46,463 nt of DNA from Escherichia coli. GTDB taxonomy: Bacteria > Pseudomonadota > Gammaproteobacteria > Enterobacterales > Enterobacteriaceae. The stretch lies in the NCBI RefSeq assembly GCF_003334255.1, contig NZ_QOWU01000044.1, one strand, 5' to 3'. Of this stretch, positions 1 to 10,777 are shown one piece after another; the stretch's first letter is position 1, and every line of letters starts with the position of its first letter. The notes below the pieces were generated by a model. The model did not search any database. It was not told the origin of the DNA and worked only from the letters and a program-made list of their open reading frames with translations. The translations under genes were made by a program, and so were the position numbers.

Positions 1-77
1 AGCTGATAGAAACAGAAGCCACTGGAGCACCTCAAAAACACCATCATACACTAAATCAGTAAGTTGGCAGCATCACC
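1..77 (-). mobile_element. IS1 insertion sequence, terminal portion only (left inverted repeat plus start of insA region); element continues beyond window start
   Basis: Reverse complement of 1..77 reads GGTGATGCTGCCAACTTACTGATTTAGTGTATGATGGTGTTTTTGAGGTGCTCCAGTGGCTTCTGTTTCTATCAGCT, which matches the IS1 terminus as I remember it. The exact junction is ambiguous over ggtgat (71..77) because it overlaps ompF sequence. Confidence 0.85.
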
Positions 78-248
78 GTTTCCGCCGTAACTGTTTACAC
101 CATTGTCTTTAGAAAAATAATGCAGACCGACAGCTTTACCGTACAGATCTACTTTGTTGCCATCTTTGTTATAGATTTCTGCAGCGTTTGCAGTACCTGC
201 TACTAACAGAGCAGGGACGATCACTGCCAGAATATTGCGCTTCATCAT
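78..248 (-). pseudogene. ompF: ompF 5' fragment (signal peptide plus about 35 mature residues of outer membrane porin F), truncated by the IS1 insertion
   Basis: ORF 51..248 translates [47 protein letters not shown]..., the OmpF N-terminus. After GGNGD the frame runs into IS1 sequence (AANLLI then stop) instead of MTYARLGF. Confidence 0.85.
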
Positions 249-397
249 TATTTATTACCCTCATGGTTTTTTTTATGACACCTGCCACTGCCGTCAATAA
301 GTTCTGTCAATAAAAATTTACGGAACTATTGATGAGAGTTTGGTGTCTTTATGTGTCTGCAGGCATCTTTCCATTCAAACTAACGTTTCGCTACCGT

Positions 398-460
398 GAA
401 AGTGCTACAAAGATAAAGATTTGGTTTCAAAAAGAAAAAATATGTAACCAAAAGTAAAAT
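398..460 (-). promoter_or_regulatory. OmpR binding sites F1-F3 of the ompF promoter
   Basis: Reverse complement contains TTTACTTTTGGTTACATATT, TTTTCTTTTTGAAACCAAAT and CTTTATCTTTGTAGCACTTT, the tandem OmpR boxes upstream of ompF as I remember them. Confidence 0.75.
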
Positions 461-810
461 TTAAGGAACTTTGTGAACACCGTCATATTTCCATAGAAGC
501 GTGATGATATTTACAGCAATTTTTATCTATTTATATGATTTCCTTATATTTAAATTAACTAAACGGAAATTTTGTTTCTGATGGAAACTTTATCGACCTG
601 GCACTAAATCCTCGTTCAGACATCCAGAATGCCAAAAAATAGTATGAAAATTGTGCTATCAGCTAAGAAAAAACTAATCCGCAATAAGAATCCAGGTTAT
701 TTTTTGTGCGTAAATGTTGCAATGTAATATTCCATAACAGGATGATCGTTATGGCGGGGTTGCAAATAGATTGCTTGACTTAACAAACAGATAACTTGAC
801 AGAAAGGATA

Positions 811-835
811 AAAAAGAGCCAGCAGGCGCTGGCTC
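811..835 (-). terminator. Rho-independent terminator downstream of asnS
   Basis: Inverted repeat gagccagc / gctggctc with a 4-nt loop; the A-run at 811..815 is a U-run on the minus-strand transcript. Confidence 0.75.
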
Positions 836-849
836 TTTGAGGAAGAAAA

Positions 850-2250
850 TCAGAAGCTGGCGTTGCGCGGAGTACGTGGGAACGGAATCACATCACGCAC
901 GTTTTGCACGCCAGTTACGTAAGCAATCAGGCGTTCAAAACCAAGACCGAAACCTGAATGCGGAACAGTACCGTAGCGACGCAGATCGCGATACCACCAG
1001 TAATCTTCTTTATTCAGGCCCATTTCCAGCATACGCTCGTCCAGAACGTCCAGACGTTCTTCACGCTGGGAGCCACCAATGATCTCACCGATGCCCGGAG
1101 CCAGAACGTCCATAGCCGCAACGGTTTTACCGTCTTCGTTGAGGCGCATATAGAACGCTTTAATATCTTTCGGATAGTTTTTAACCACTACCGGTGCTTT
1201 AAAGTGTTCTTCCGCCAGATAACGCTCATGCTCAGAAGAGAGATCGACGCCCCAGTAAACCGGGTTTTCAAACTTCCTGCCGCAGTTTTCGAGAATGGTC
1301 ACTGCGTCGGTGTAATCCACCTGCGCGAAATCGGCCTCAATGAAGCGTTCCAGACGTGAAACGGCATCTTTATCTACGCGTTCAGCGAAGAATTTCATGT
1401 CGTCTGCGCGTTCTTCGAGAACCGCTTTGAAGACATATTTCAGCATGGCTTCAGCCAGACCCGCGATATCGTTCAGGTTAGCAAACGCCACTTCCGGCTC
1501 CAGCATCCAGAACTCCGCCAGGTGACGGCTGGTGTTGGAGTTTTCAGCACGGAAAGTCGGGCCGAAGGTATAAATTTTGGATAATGCGCAAGCGTAGGTT
1601 TCGCCGTTCAACTGGCCAGATACGGTCAGGAAAGACTCTTTACCAAAGAAGTCTTTGTCGAAATCCACTTTGCCCTGATCGTTACGCGGCAGATTTTCCA
1701 GATCCAGCGTAGAAACGCGGAACATTTCGCCAGCCCCTTCGGTATCAGACGCAGTAATCAGTGGCGTTGAAACCCAGAAGAATCCCTGCTCGTTAAAGAA
1801 GCGATGCAGCGCCTGCGCCAGCGTATGGCGAACGCGCGCGACGGCACCAATCAGGTTTGTGCGCGGACGCAGGTGAGCGACTTCACGCAGATACTCAATG
1901 CTGTGGCGTTTTGCCGCCATCGGGTAAGTGTCTGGATCTTCAACCCAACCAGCAACTTCAACCTTGCTGGCCTGAATTTCAAATTGTTGCCCCTGGCCCG
2001 GCGACGCCACGACTTTACCCGTCACAATGACCGAGCAACCGGTGGTCAGACGCAGGACGTCTTCATTGTAATTGGGCAGAGAATTATTGATGACAGCCTG
2101 TACAGGATCAAAGCAGGAACCGTCATAAACGGCGAGGAAGGAGATGCCAGCTTTTGAATCTCGGCGGGTACGTACCCATCCGCGTACGGTGACTTCGCTG
2201 TCAACGGCTACGCGGCCCTGGAGTACGTCGGCTACAGGCACAACGCTCAT
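850..2250 (-). CDS. asnS: Asparaginyl-tRNA synthetase
   Basis: Translation [25 protein letters not shown]...[11 protein letters not shown] (466 aa from the internal Met). The ORF-track start at 2295 is an upstream in-frame extension. Confidence 0.96.
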
Positions 2251-2418
2251 AATATTCTCTCTGTTAATAGTCGGAAAAAATAAACACTTGTCCACCCGTA
2301 AATGGGGGGATACCTATGTTACCTGGCATCTGCAATCAGACAAGCAGAATTCGCAAATGCAGCGAAAGATTTCGGAATTAAAGGTAAAAAAAGGGAGCCG
2401 ATTAGCTCCCTGATGATA

Positions 2419-3621
2419 TTAACTGGCTTTTTTAATATGCGGAAGGTCGAACGCTTTGCGCAGCGCCCGAACAAACGCTTTATCGTGGCAGATAGTTTTG
2501 CCAGGGCTGTCAGAAAGTTTCGCCACCGGTTTACCGTTACACTCTACCAACTTAATCACAATATTCAGGGGTTTTACCTGGGGGATATCGCAGGTCAGGC
2601 GAGTCCCAATACCAAAACTTAATTGCACGCGGGAAGAGAAGTGGCGGTATAGCTCAACCGCTTTGCGTAAATCCAGATTGTCAGAGAAAACCAGCGTTTT
2701 ACTCTGTGGATCAATTCCCAGCTTTTCATAATGTGCAATGGCTTTTTCACCCCATTCAACCGGGTCGCCAGAGTCATGACGCAGGCCCTGATACCGACTA
2801 GCGAACTCGACACCGAAATCACGCAGGAAAGCATCCATAGTGATGCAGTCGGTTAATGCAATGCCAAGTTGGTCGGGATACTCTTCCAGCCAGGCAGCAA
2901 GTGCAGCTCGCTGGCTGTTGGCTAGATCCGGGCTGATTTGCTGATGTGCCTGGAACCATTCGTGTGCCTGTGTTCCCATCGGCGTGAGGGAAAGCCGACG
3001 CGCCAGATCGTAGTTGCTGGTGCCCACAAACCAGGATTCCTGTTGCAGACGCTTAACGATGGTTTCTTGTACTTCGCGAGAAAAACGGCGACGGGTGCCA
3101 AAATCCATCAGATGGAAGCGCGACATATCAAGACCGGCGGTTAACGCCGAGAAGTCGACTAATTTGCTTTCCAGCGTGTCGAGGGCTTGCGCAACGTCGG
3201 CCTGCGGTGAGCGATAGCGATGTACCATTTCACTGATAACCGCCAGCAAAGGAACTTCCCAGAGGATGACTTCACGCCACGGGCCGCTTAAACGAATATC
3301 CAGCTTGCCATTATCGTTGGACACGGTGACTTGTTCCGGGTTAAAGCGGAACTCGCGTAACCAGTTAAGATAGTCGGCCTTAAAGAAAGGCAGGGCAGAA
3401 AGCCACTGATATTCATCATCCTGCAGGCGCAGGTGCTGCATCGCCTGAACCTGTTCACGAATAGCATCGGCATAAATACCCAGCAGATCGTCACCTCGGC
3501 AACGAAACTCCGCCGCGACATGCACATCGTAATAGTGATGAAACACGGCTTGCTGCATATGCAACTTATAAGCATCTGTATCCAGCAACGAGTGCAGAAC
3601 AGGAGAAGCGAATTGTGTCAT
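2419..3621 (-). CDS. pncB: Nicotinate phosphoribosyltransferase
   Basis: Translation [31 protein letters not shown]... (400 aa); true start is the internal Met of the 416-aa track ORF. Confidence 0.95.
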   Translation of the reverse strand: MTQFASPVLHSLLDTDAYKLHMQQAVFHHYYDVHVAAEFRCRGDDLLGIYADAIREQVQAMQHLRLQDDEYQWLSALPFFKADYLNWLREFRFNPEQVTVSNDNGKLDIRLSGPWREVILWEVPLLAVISEMVHRYRSPQADVAQALDTLESKLVDFSALTAGLDMSRFHLMDFGTRRRFSREVQETIVKRLQQESWFVGTSNYDLARRLSLTPMGTQAHEWFQAHQQISPDLANSQRAALAAWLEEYPDQLGIALTDCITMDAFLRDFGVEFASRYQGLRHDSGDPVEWGEKAIAHYEKLGIDPQSKTLVFSDNLDLRKAVELYRHFSSRVQLSFGIGTRLTCDIPQVKPLNIVIKLVECNGKPVAKLSDSPGKTICHDKAFVRALRKAFDLPHIKKAS

Positions 3622-3650
3622 AGGTGCGCAGTAGCGTCCTCGTACAGGAG

Positions 3651-3668
3651 CGTTTAGTACAATAAACA
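3651..3668 (-). promoter_or_regulatory. Candidate NadR operator in the pncB promoter
   Basis: Inverted repeat cGTTTA-gtacaa-TAAACA lies 30-47 bp upstream of the pncB start. This resembles the TGTTTA-N6-TAAACA NAD box as I recall it; recognised from memory only. Confidence 0.45.
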
Positions 3669-3886
3669 TCTTCAGGAACTGCTGGAGTATACCTTGTTTC
3701 GCAATTTATTGAACCCCGATCACACCATATGCCACCTTTCTGGTCGATGGCATTACGCGGTGTATGTTATAAAAATGTAGCAATAAAGGCGTTTGTACCT
3801 GAAAAGATGAAGATTCTGCATAGCGCGATTTACGCAACAGGAATAGACTGAACACCAGACTCTATAAAAGATGCTAAAGGTTATTT

Positions 3887-6499
3887 ATGACTCAACAGCC
3901 ACAAGCCAAATACCGTCACGATTATCGTGCGCCGGATTACCAGATTACTGATATTGACTTGACCTTTGACCTCGACGCGCAAAAGACGGTCGTTACCGCG
4001 GTCAGCCAGGCTGTCCGTCATGGTGCATCAGATGCTCCCCTTCGTCTCAACGGCGAAGACCTCAAACTGGTTTCTGTTCATATTAATGATGAGCCGTGGA
4101 CCGCCTGGAAAGAAGAAGAGGGCGCACTGGTTATCAGTAATTTGCCGGAGCGTTTTACGCTTAAGATCATTAATGAAATAAGCCCGGCGGCGAATACCGC
4201 GCTGGAAGGGCTTTATCAGTCAGGCGATGCGCTTTGCACCCAGTGTGAAGCCGAAGGTTTCCGCCATATTACGTATTATCTCGACCGCCCGGACGTGCTG
4301 GCGCGTTTTACCACCAAAATTATTGCCGATAAAATCAAATATCCCTTCCTGCTTTCCAATGGTAACCGCGTTGCGCAAGGCGAACTGGAAAACGGACGCC
4401 ATTGGGTACAGTGGCAGGACCCGTTCCCGAAACCGTGCTACCTGTTTGCGCTGGTGGCAGGCGACTTTGATGTACTGCGCGATACCTTTACCACGCGTTC
4501 TGGTCGCGAAGTAGCACTGGAGCTGTACGTCGATCGCGGCAACCTTGATCGCGCGCCGTGGGCGATGACCTCGCTGAAAAACTCCATGAAATGGGATGAA
4601 GAACGCTTTGGCCTGGAGTATGACCTCGACATCTATATGATCGTCGCGGTGGATTTCTTCAATATGGGCGCAATGGAGAATAAGGGGCTGAATATCTTTA
4701 ACTCCAAATATGTGCTGGCCCGCACCGACACCGCCACCGACAAAGATTACCTCGATATTGAACGCGTTATCGGCCATGAATATTTCCATAACTGGACCGG
4801 TAACCGAGTGACCTGTCGCGACTGGTTCCAGCTCAGCCTGAAAGAAGGTTTAACCGTCTTCCGCGATCAGGAGTTCAGCTCTGACCTTGGTTCCCGCGCA
4901 GTTAACCGCATCAATAATGTACGCACCATGCGCGGATTGCAGTTTGCAGAAGACGCCAGCCCGATGGCGCACCCGATCCGCCCGGATATGGTCATTGAGA
5001 TGAACAACTTCTACACCCTGACCGTTTACGAGAAGGGCGCGGAAGTGATTCGCATGATCCACACCCTGCTTGGCGAAGAAAACTTCCAGAAAGGGATGCA
5101 GCTTTATTTCGAGCGTCATGATGGTAGTGCAGCGACCTGTGACGACTTTGTGCAGGCGATGGAAGATGCGTCGAATGTCGATCTCTCCCATTTCCGCGGT
5201 TGGTACAGCCAGTCCGGTACACCGATTGTGACCGTCAAAGACGACTACAATCCGGAAACCGAGCAGTACACCCTGACCATCAGCCAGCGCACGCCAGCCA
5301 CGCCGGATCAGGCAGAAAAACAGCCGCTGCATATTCCGTTTGCCATCGAACTGTATGATAACGAAGGCAAAGTGATCCCGTTGCAGAAAGGCGGTCATCC
5401 GGTGAATTCCGTGCTGAACGTCACTCAGGCGGAACAGACCTTTGTCTTTGATAATGTCTACTTCCAGCCGGTGCCTGCGCTGCTGTGCGAATTCTCTGCG
5501 CCAGTGAAACTGGAATATAAGTGGAGCGATCAGCAACTGACCTTCCTGATGCGTCATGCGCGTAATGATTTCTCCCGTTGGGATGCGGCGCAAAGTTTGC
5601 TGGCAACCTACATCAAGCTGAACGTCGCCCGTCATCAGCAAGGGCAGCCGCTGTCTCTGCCGGTGCATGTGGCCGACGCCTTCCGCGCGGTGCTGCTCGA
5701 TGAGAAGATTGACCCGGCACTGGCGGCAGAAATTCTGACTCTGCCATCCGTCAATGAAATGGCTGAACTGTTCGATATCATCGACCCGATTGCTATTGCC
5801 GAAGTACGCGAAGCACTCACTCGTACTCTGGCGACTGAACTGGCGGATGAGCTGCTGGCTATTTACAACGCGAATTACCAGAGCGAGTACCGCGTTGAGC
5901 ATGAAGATATTGCAAAACGCACTCTGCGTAATGCCTGTCTGCGCTTCCTTGCTTTTGGTGAAACGCATCTGGCTGATGTGCTGGTGAGCAAGCAGTTCCA
6001 TGAAGCGAACAATATGACCGATGCGCTGGCGGCGCTTTCTGCGGCGGTTGCCGCACAGCTGCCATGCCGTGACGCGCTGATGCAGGAGTACGACGACAAG
6101 TGGCATCAGGATGGTCTGGTGATGGATAAATGGTTTATCCTGCAAGCCACCAGCCCGGCGGCGAATGTGCTGGAGACGGTACGTGGTCTGTTGCAGCATC
6201 GCTCATTTACCATGAGCAACCCGAACCGTATTCGTTCGTTGATTGGCGCGTTTGCGGGCAGCAACCCGGCAGCGTTCCATGCCGACGATGGCAGTGGTTA
6301 CCAGTTCCTGGTGGAAATGCTTACCGACCTCAACAGCCGTAACCCGCAGGTGGCTTCACGTCTGATTGAACCGCTGATTCGCCTGAAACGTTACGATGCC
6401 AAACGTCAGGAGAAAATGCGCGCGGCGCTGGAGCAGTTGAAAGGGCTGGAAAATCTCTCTGGCGATCTGTACGAGAAGATAACTAAAGCACTGGCTTGA
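3887..6499 (+). CDS. pepN: Aminopeptidase N
   Basis: 870-aa ORF beginning MTQQPQAKYRHDYRAPDYQITDIDLTFDL, containing the HEYFHNWTG zinc-binding motif. Confidence 0.97.
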   Translation: MTQQPQAKYRHDYRAPDYQITDIDLTFDLDAQKTVVTAVSQAVRHGASDAPLRLNGEDLKLVSVHINDEPWTAWKEEEGALVISNLPERFTLKIINEISPAANTALEGLYQSGDALCTQCEAEGFRHITYYLDRPDVLARFTTKIIADKIKYPFLLSNGNRVAQGELENGRHWVQWQDPFPKPCYLFALVAGDFDVLRDTFTTRSGREVALELYVDRGNLDRAPWAMTSLKNSMKWDEERFGLEYDLDIYMIVAVDFFNMGAMENKGLNIFNSKYVLARTDTATDKDYLDIERVIGHEYFHNWTGNRVTCRDWFQLSLKEGLTVFRDQEFSSDLGSRAVNRINNVRTMRGLQFAEDASPMAHPIRPDMVIEMNNFYTLTVYEKGAEVIRMIHTLLGEENFQKGMQLYFERHDGSAATCDDFVQAMEDASNVDLSHFRGWYSQSGTPIVTVKDDYNPETEQYTLTISQRTPATPDQAEKQPLHIPFAIELYDNEGKVIPLQKGGHPVNSVLNVTQAEQTFVFDNVYFQPVPALLCEFSAPVKLEYKWSDQQLTFLMRHARNDFSRWDAAQSLLATYIKLNVARHQQGQPLSLPVHVADAFRAVLLDEKIDPALAAEILTLPSVNEMAELFDIIDPIAIAEVREALTRTLATELADELLAIYNANYQSEYRVEHEDIAKRTLRNACLRFLAFGETHLADVLVSKQFHEANNMTDALAALSAAVAAQLPCRDALMQEYDDKWHQDGLVMDKWFILQATSPAANVLETVRGLLQHRSFTMSNPNRIRSLIGAFAGSNPAAFHADDGSGYQFLVEMLTDLNSRNPQVASRLIEPLIRLKRYDAKRQEKMRAALEQLKGLENLSGDLYEKITKALA

Positions 6500-6506
6500 T
6501 AAATAA

Positions 6507-6536
6507 CCGAATGGCGGCAATAGCGCCGCCATTCGG
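6507..6536. terminator. Perfect 12-bp stem hairpin between convergent pepN and ssuB; likely bidirectional terminator
   Basis: ccgaatggcggc-aatagc-gccgccattcgg. The flanking T-run is weak and lies mainly on the minus-strand side. Confidence 0.5.
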
Positions 6537-6541
6537 GGAAT

Positions 6542-7309
6542 TTACCCCTGTTTTCTCAGGCGAGTTTCAGATTCACCACGTTGCATCACCCGTTGCAACA
6601 CCTCCGCTTCCAGCTCCGCTAATCGCACCGACCCTAATCGACGCGGACGGGGGATATCCACTGTCAAATCCAGACCAATTTTTCCCTCTTCAATTAACAG
6701 CACCCGGTCAGCCATCGCTACCGCTTCGCTCACATCATGCGTCACCAACAGTACGGTAAAGCCGTGCTCCTGCCAAAGTGACACAATCAAATCCTGCATC
6801 TCGAGTCGCGTTAAGGCGTCCAGCGCCCCGAGCGGTTCATCAAGCAACAATAATCCCGGTCGATGAATCAACGCTCTTGCCAGCGCCACTCGCTGTTTCT
6901 GCCCGCCAGAAAGTGCGGCAGGCCATTCCCCTGCGCGATTCTCCAGTCCTACCGCAGCCAACGCTCGACGTGCGGCATCGCGCCACTGGCCTTTAAGGCC
7001 TAACCCAACGTTATCAATCACCGATTTCCACGGTAGCAGACGCGCATCCTGAAACATCATTCGCGTGTCTTCCTGAATTTCAGCCAGCGGTGTGGTGCCC
7101 GCTAACACATCGCCTGCGGTTGGCGTTTCCAGACCTGCCAGCAGGCGCAGCAGGGTACTTTTGCCACCACCGCTGCGGCCCACCACCGCCACAAACTGAC
7201 CTGCCGGAATATGTAAATCCAGTTGGTTCAGGACGATATTTTCCGCGTAATGTTTGCTTACTGCATTGAGCAACAATGGCGTGCCCTGGTTCAGACGAGC
7301 AGTATTCAT
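6542..7309 (-). CDS. ssuB: Aliphatic sulfonate ABC transporter ATP-binding protein
   Basis: 255 aa with Walker [10 protein letters not shown] and ABC signature LSGGQKQR; sits in the ssu operon context. Confidence 0.95.
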
Positions 7310-8097
7310 ACCGTGGCCTCCTTCAAATGATAAGCCGGGTTCCAGCGCAACCAGAGGCGCTCTAACAGCTGCGCGCTGACGTCAGCCAGTTTGCCGAGCA
7401 GGGCGTAAAGAATAATAGCGACTACCACCACGTCCGTTTGCAAAAACTCCCGCGCATTCATCGCCAGATAACCAATGCCTGAATTGGCAGAAATGGTTTC
7501 GGCAACAATCAGCGTCAGCCACATCAGGCCCAACGCAAAACGCACGCCGACCATAATTGAGGGCAGGGCACCAGGCAGGATCACATGGATAAACAGCGGT
7601 ATGCCGGATAATCCATAGCTACGCGCCATCTCCACCAACCCGCGATCGATATTACGGATGCCATGCCAGGTGTTGATATAAATGGGGAATAGCGTACCGA
7701 GCGCCACCAGAAAGATTTTTGCGGATTCATCAATGCCAAACCACAAAATCACCAGCGGGATCAGCGCCAGATGCGGCACGTTGCGCAACATCTGAATTGA
7801 GGTATCCAGCAGCCGTTCTCCCCAGCGAGATAGCCCGCTAATCAGTCCCAAAATCAACCCCAGCGATCCGCCAATTGAAAAGCCAATCAGCGCCCGCCAG
7901 GAGCTGATCGCCAGATGCTGCCACAGTTCGCCGCTGGCGGAGAGCGTCCAGAACGCCGTCACCACTCCTTCCGGTGAAGGCAAAATACGCGTCGACAGCC
8001 AGCCAACCGAGGAGGCCAGTTGCCACACCGCCACGATGCCCACCGGTAAAAACCAGGGGGCAACGCGCAATAACCACTTCTTCACTGGCGTTGCCAT
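7306..8097 (-). CDS. ssuC: Aliphatic sulfonate ABC transporter permease
   Basis: Hydrophobic permease; start taken as [11 protein letters not shown] (263 aa); 4-bp overlap with ssuB. Confidence 0.92.
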
Positions 8098-8107
8098 TAT
8101 TTCTTCC

Positions 8108-9253
8108 TTAGCTTTGCGCGACTTTACGGGGGATAAAATCATTCGCCACCGCTTCGCCTTGCGGATTCAGCGGCTGCGGCTGGGGAATTTCCGGGATGGC
8201 GACATCCAGAAGCGGGAACAGCAACTCGCCAACCCGATACGCTTCTTCCAGATGCGGATAGCCCGAAAGCACAAAACTGTCGATGCCAAGCGCGGCATAT
8301 TCGTTGATTCGCGCAGCGACCGTAGGACCATCGCCCACCAGCGCCGTCCCGGCACCGCCGCGCACTAAGCCAACGCCCGCCCATAAATTGGGGCTGATCT
8401 CCAGATTGTCGCGCTTGCCGTTATGTAACGCCGCCATTCGCTGTTGCCCTACGGAATCCGTCCGGGCGAATGCGGCCTGTGCTTTGGCGATAGTTTCATC
8501 ATCAAGATGCGAGATTAACCGCTCGGCGGCCTGCCACGCTTCGTCGTTAGTTTCACGAACAATCACATGCAGACGAATACCGAAACGAATTTTGCGTCCA
8601 TGCGCGGCAGCTTTCGCCCGCACTTGTTCGATTTTCTCTTTAACCAGTTCCGGCGGTTCGCCCCAGGTGAGGTAGAGATCAACCTGTTCTGCCGCCAGCT
8701 CCTGGGCGACATCTGACGATCCGCCAAAGTAAAGTGGCGGATACGGCTGTTGAATCGCCGGGAAGAGCAGTTTTGCTCCGCGCACATGAATATGTTTACC
8801 GTTGAAATCGACGGTTTCTCTCTGCAATAAACGCCGCCAGACCTGGGTAAATTCCGCCGAGGCTTCGTAGCGCTCGCTATGATCAAGGAACACTCCGTCG
8901 CCTGCCAGCTCTTGTGGATCGCTGCCTGTGACCAGGTTAAACAACGCACGTCCATTTGAGAGACGGTCAAGCGTGGCGGCCTGGCGGGCGGCAACGGTAG
9001 GTGAGGTTACGCTGGGACGCAGGGCGACAAGAAACTTCAGCCGCTGCGTCACCGGGATCATCGATGCGGCAACCAGCCACGCATCTTCGCAGGAGCGCCC
9101 CGTTGGAATTAGCACACCGGTATAGCCAAGACGATCCGCCGCTTGCGCAATTTGTTGCAGATAACCGTGATCAACCGGGCGTGAACCTTCTTCCGTTCCC
9201 AGATAATGCCCGTCACCGTGGGTCGGTAAAAACCAGAACATATTCAGACTCAT
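8108..9253 (-). CDS. ssuD: FMNH2-dependent alkanesulfonate monooxygenase
   Basis: 381 aa, [23 protein letters not shown]...; luciferase-like monooxygenase family. Confidence 0.96.
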
Positions 9254-10209
9254 AATTGTTTTCCTTCCAGTTGAGTGGGCTGCCAGATGCGCTGGCGAAT
9301 ATCGACTTTTTTCGGCACCAGACGATTTTCATAAAACAGATCTGCCGTTTGCTGCTGTAAGGCGGCAACCTCGGCGTTAACCGGTTTGATGGTGGTAGGA
9401 GGGCGATGATCTAAGTAAGAGGCAATCACCGGTGCCGGTAAGCCCATCGTTTTTGCCAGTAAAGCGATGCTTTGCTCGCGCTGGCTGCGGGTTAACGCAT
9501 CGGCCTCACTAAAGGTTGCCAGTACGCCCTGAATAAAAGCGCCGTTTTTTTCTGCATAGGGACGAGCTGCCAGATAAAACGATCCAGTTTGATTGAGATC
9601 GGTGCCGTCTTTCAGCACCCGCACGCCGCCCTGTAATAATGCAGCAGAGTAGTAGGGATCCCAGATAGCCCAGGCGTCAACGTTACCTTGCTGGAACGCG
9701 GCGCGGGCATCAGCGGGCGTCAGGTAAGTGGGTTGGATATCGGTAAACTTAAGTCCGGCCTGACGCAGTGCACGCAGTAAAAGGTTGTGTGAACTGGAAC
9801 CTTTCTGAAAGGCAACTTTGTGACCTTTAAGATCGGCTACGGTTTTGATCGGGCTGTTTTCTGCCACCAGAATCACTTCGGCTTTGGGCTTCGGTGGCTC
9901 GACGCCCACGTACACCAAATCAGCCCCGGCAGCCTGGGCAAAGATTGGCGGAATATCCCCGGTACTGCCGAGATCAATACTGCCAACGTTTAACGCTTCC
10001 AACATTTGCGGACCCGCGGGGAACTCCACCCAGGAGATTTTTGATTCCGGATAGCGTTTTTCCAGTAACTGGTGGCTTTTTGCCAGCACCATACCAATAC
10101 TGCCTTTCTGATAGCCTATACGTAACGCTTCAGGCGAGGATTCTGCAGCAACCGCAAAAGTAGAGACGCTAAGCAATCCCGCCAGCGCCAGTTTAATGAT
10201 GTTACGCAT
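9250..10209 (-). CDS. ssuA: Aliphatic sulfonate periplasmic binding protein
   Basis: Start at [22 protein letters not shown] (signal peptide), 319 aa; its start overlaps the ssuE stop by 8 nt. Confidence 0.93.
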
Positions 10210-10777
10210 GGGCATTACCTCGCAGAGACAGAAGGTCAGGAACCTGAACATCGCGGCGGTGCAATGCCTGCCAGAAAGTTTCTAGCGCGGTATCAAGACG
10301 GGTTTGCAGATTTGGCGTGAACTGGGGTCTGTGATGGTAATCAATTACTTGTGAGTCATCGGCAAACACGCCGTGCAGGATCTCCTGAGCTTTCAGTGCG
10401 CTTAAAACTGGTTTAAGGGCATAATCGACCGCCAGCAGATGGGCCACGGTACCGCCCGTCGCCAGCGGTAGCACCACTTTGCCTTGCAAAGCGCGTTCTG
10501 GCAGCAGGTCGAGCAGGGTTTTCAACGCACCGGAATAGGCGGCTTTATACACAGGCGTGGCGACAATCAGCCCATCGGCCTGTTGCAGCTGTTCGGTGAA
10601 GGTCTTGAGTGCCGGACTATCGAAACGAGCATAAAGTAGATCTTCCGGGGCGAAGTTTTGCAGATTCCAGTGATAAACCTCTACATCCAGGCCATTTAGT
10701 TTTTCCCGCGCATATTCCAGCAAGGAGCTGGAGCGAGAAGGAAAGCGAGGACTACCCGCCAGGGTGATGACACGCAT
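10202..10777 (-). CDS. ssuE: NADPH-dependent FMN reductase
   Basis: 191 aa, MRVITLAGSPRFPSRSSSLLEYAREKL...; first gene of ssuEADCB. Confidence 0.95.
   Translation of the reverse strand: MRVITLAGSPRFPSRSSSLLEYAREKLNGLDVEVYHWNLQNFAPEDLLYARFDSPALKTFTEQLQQADGLIVATPVYKAAYSGALKTLLDLLPERALQGKVVLPLATGGTVAHLLAVDYALKPVLSALKAQEILHGVFADDSQVIDYHHRPQFTPNLQTRLDTALETFWQALHRRDVQVPDLLSLRGNAHA

Noticed and set aside
958-2157. Plus-strand ORFs (958..1359, 1340..1525, 1804..2157) inside asnS
   Set aside because: Antisense to asnS; no ribosome-binding sites and no recognisable protein features.
2251-2295. N-terminal extensions of ORF-track calls (asnS, pncB, ssuC, ssuA, pyrD, zapC, pqiB, fabA, ompA, helD, mgsA, yccU, hspQ, yccX, tusE)
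   Set aside because: In each case an internal Met matches the known protein N-terminus and has a better Shine-Dalgarno context; the longer frames are just open sequence upstream. The coordinates given are the asnS example.
4850-6199. 449-aa ORF on the minus strand, entirely inside pepN
   Set aside because: Antisense to a well-supported 870-aa gene; the translation is Arg/His-rich low-complexity sequence with no recognisable domain, typical of spurious antisense frames in GC-rich coding DNA.
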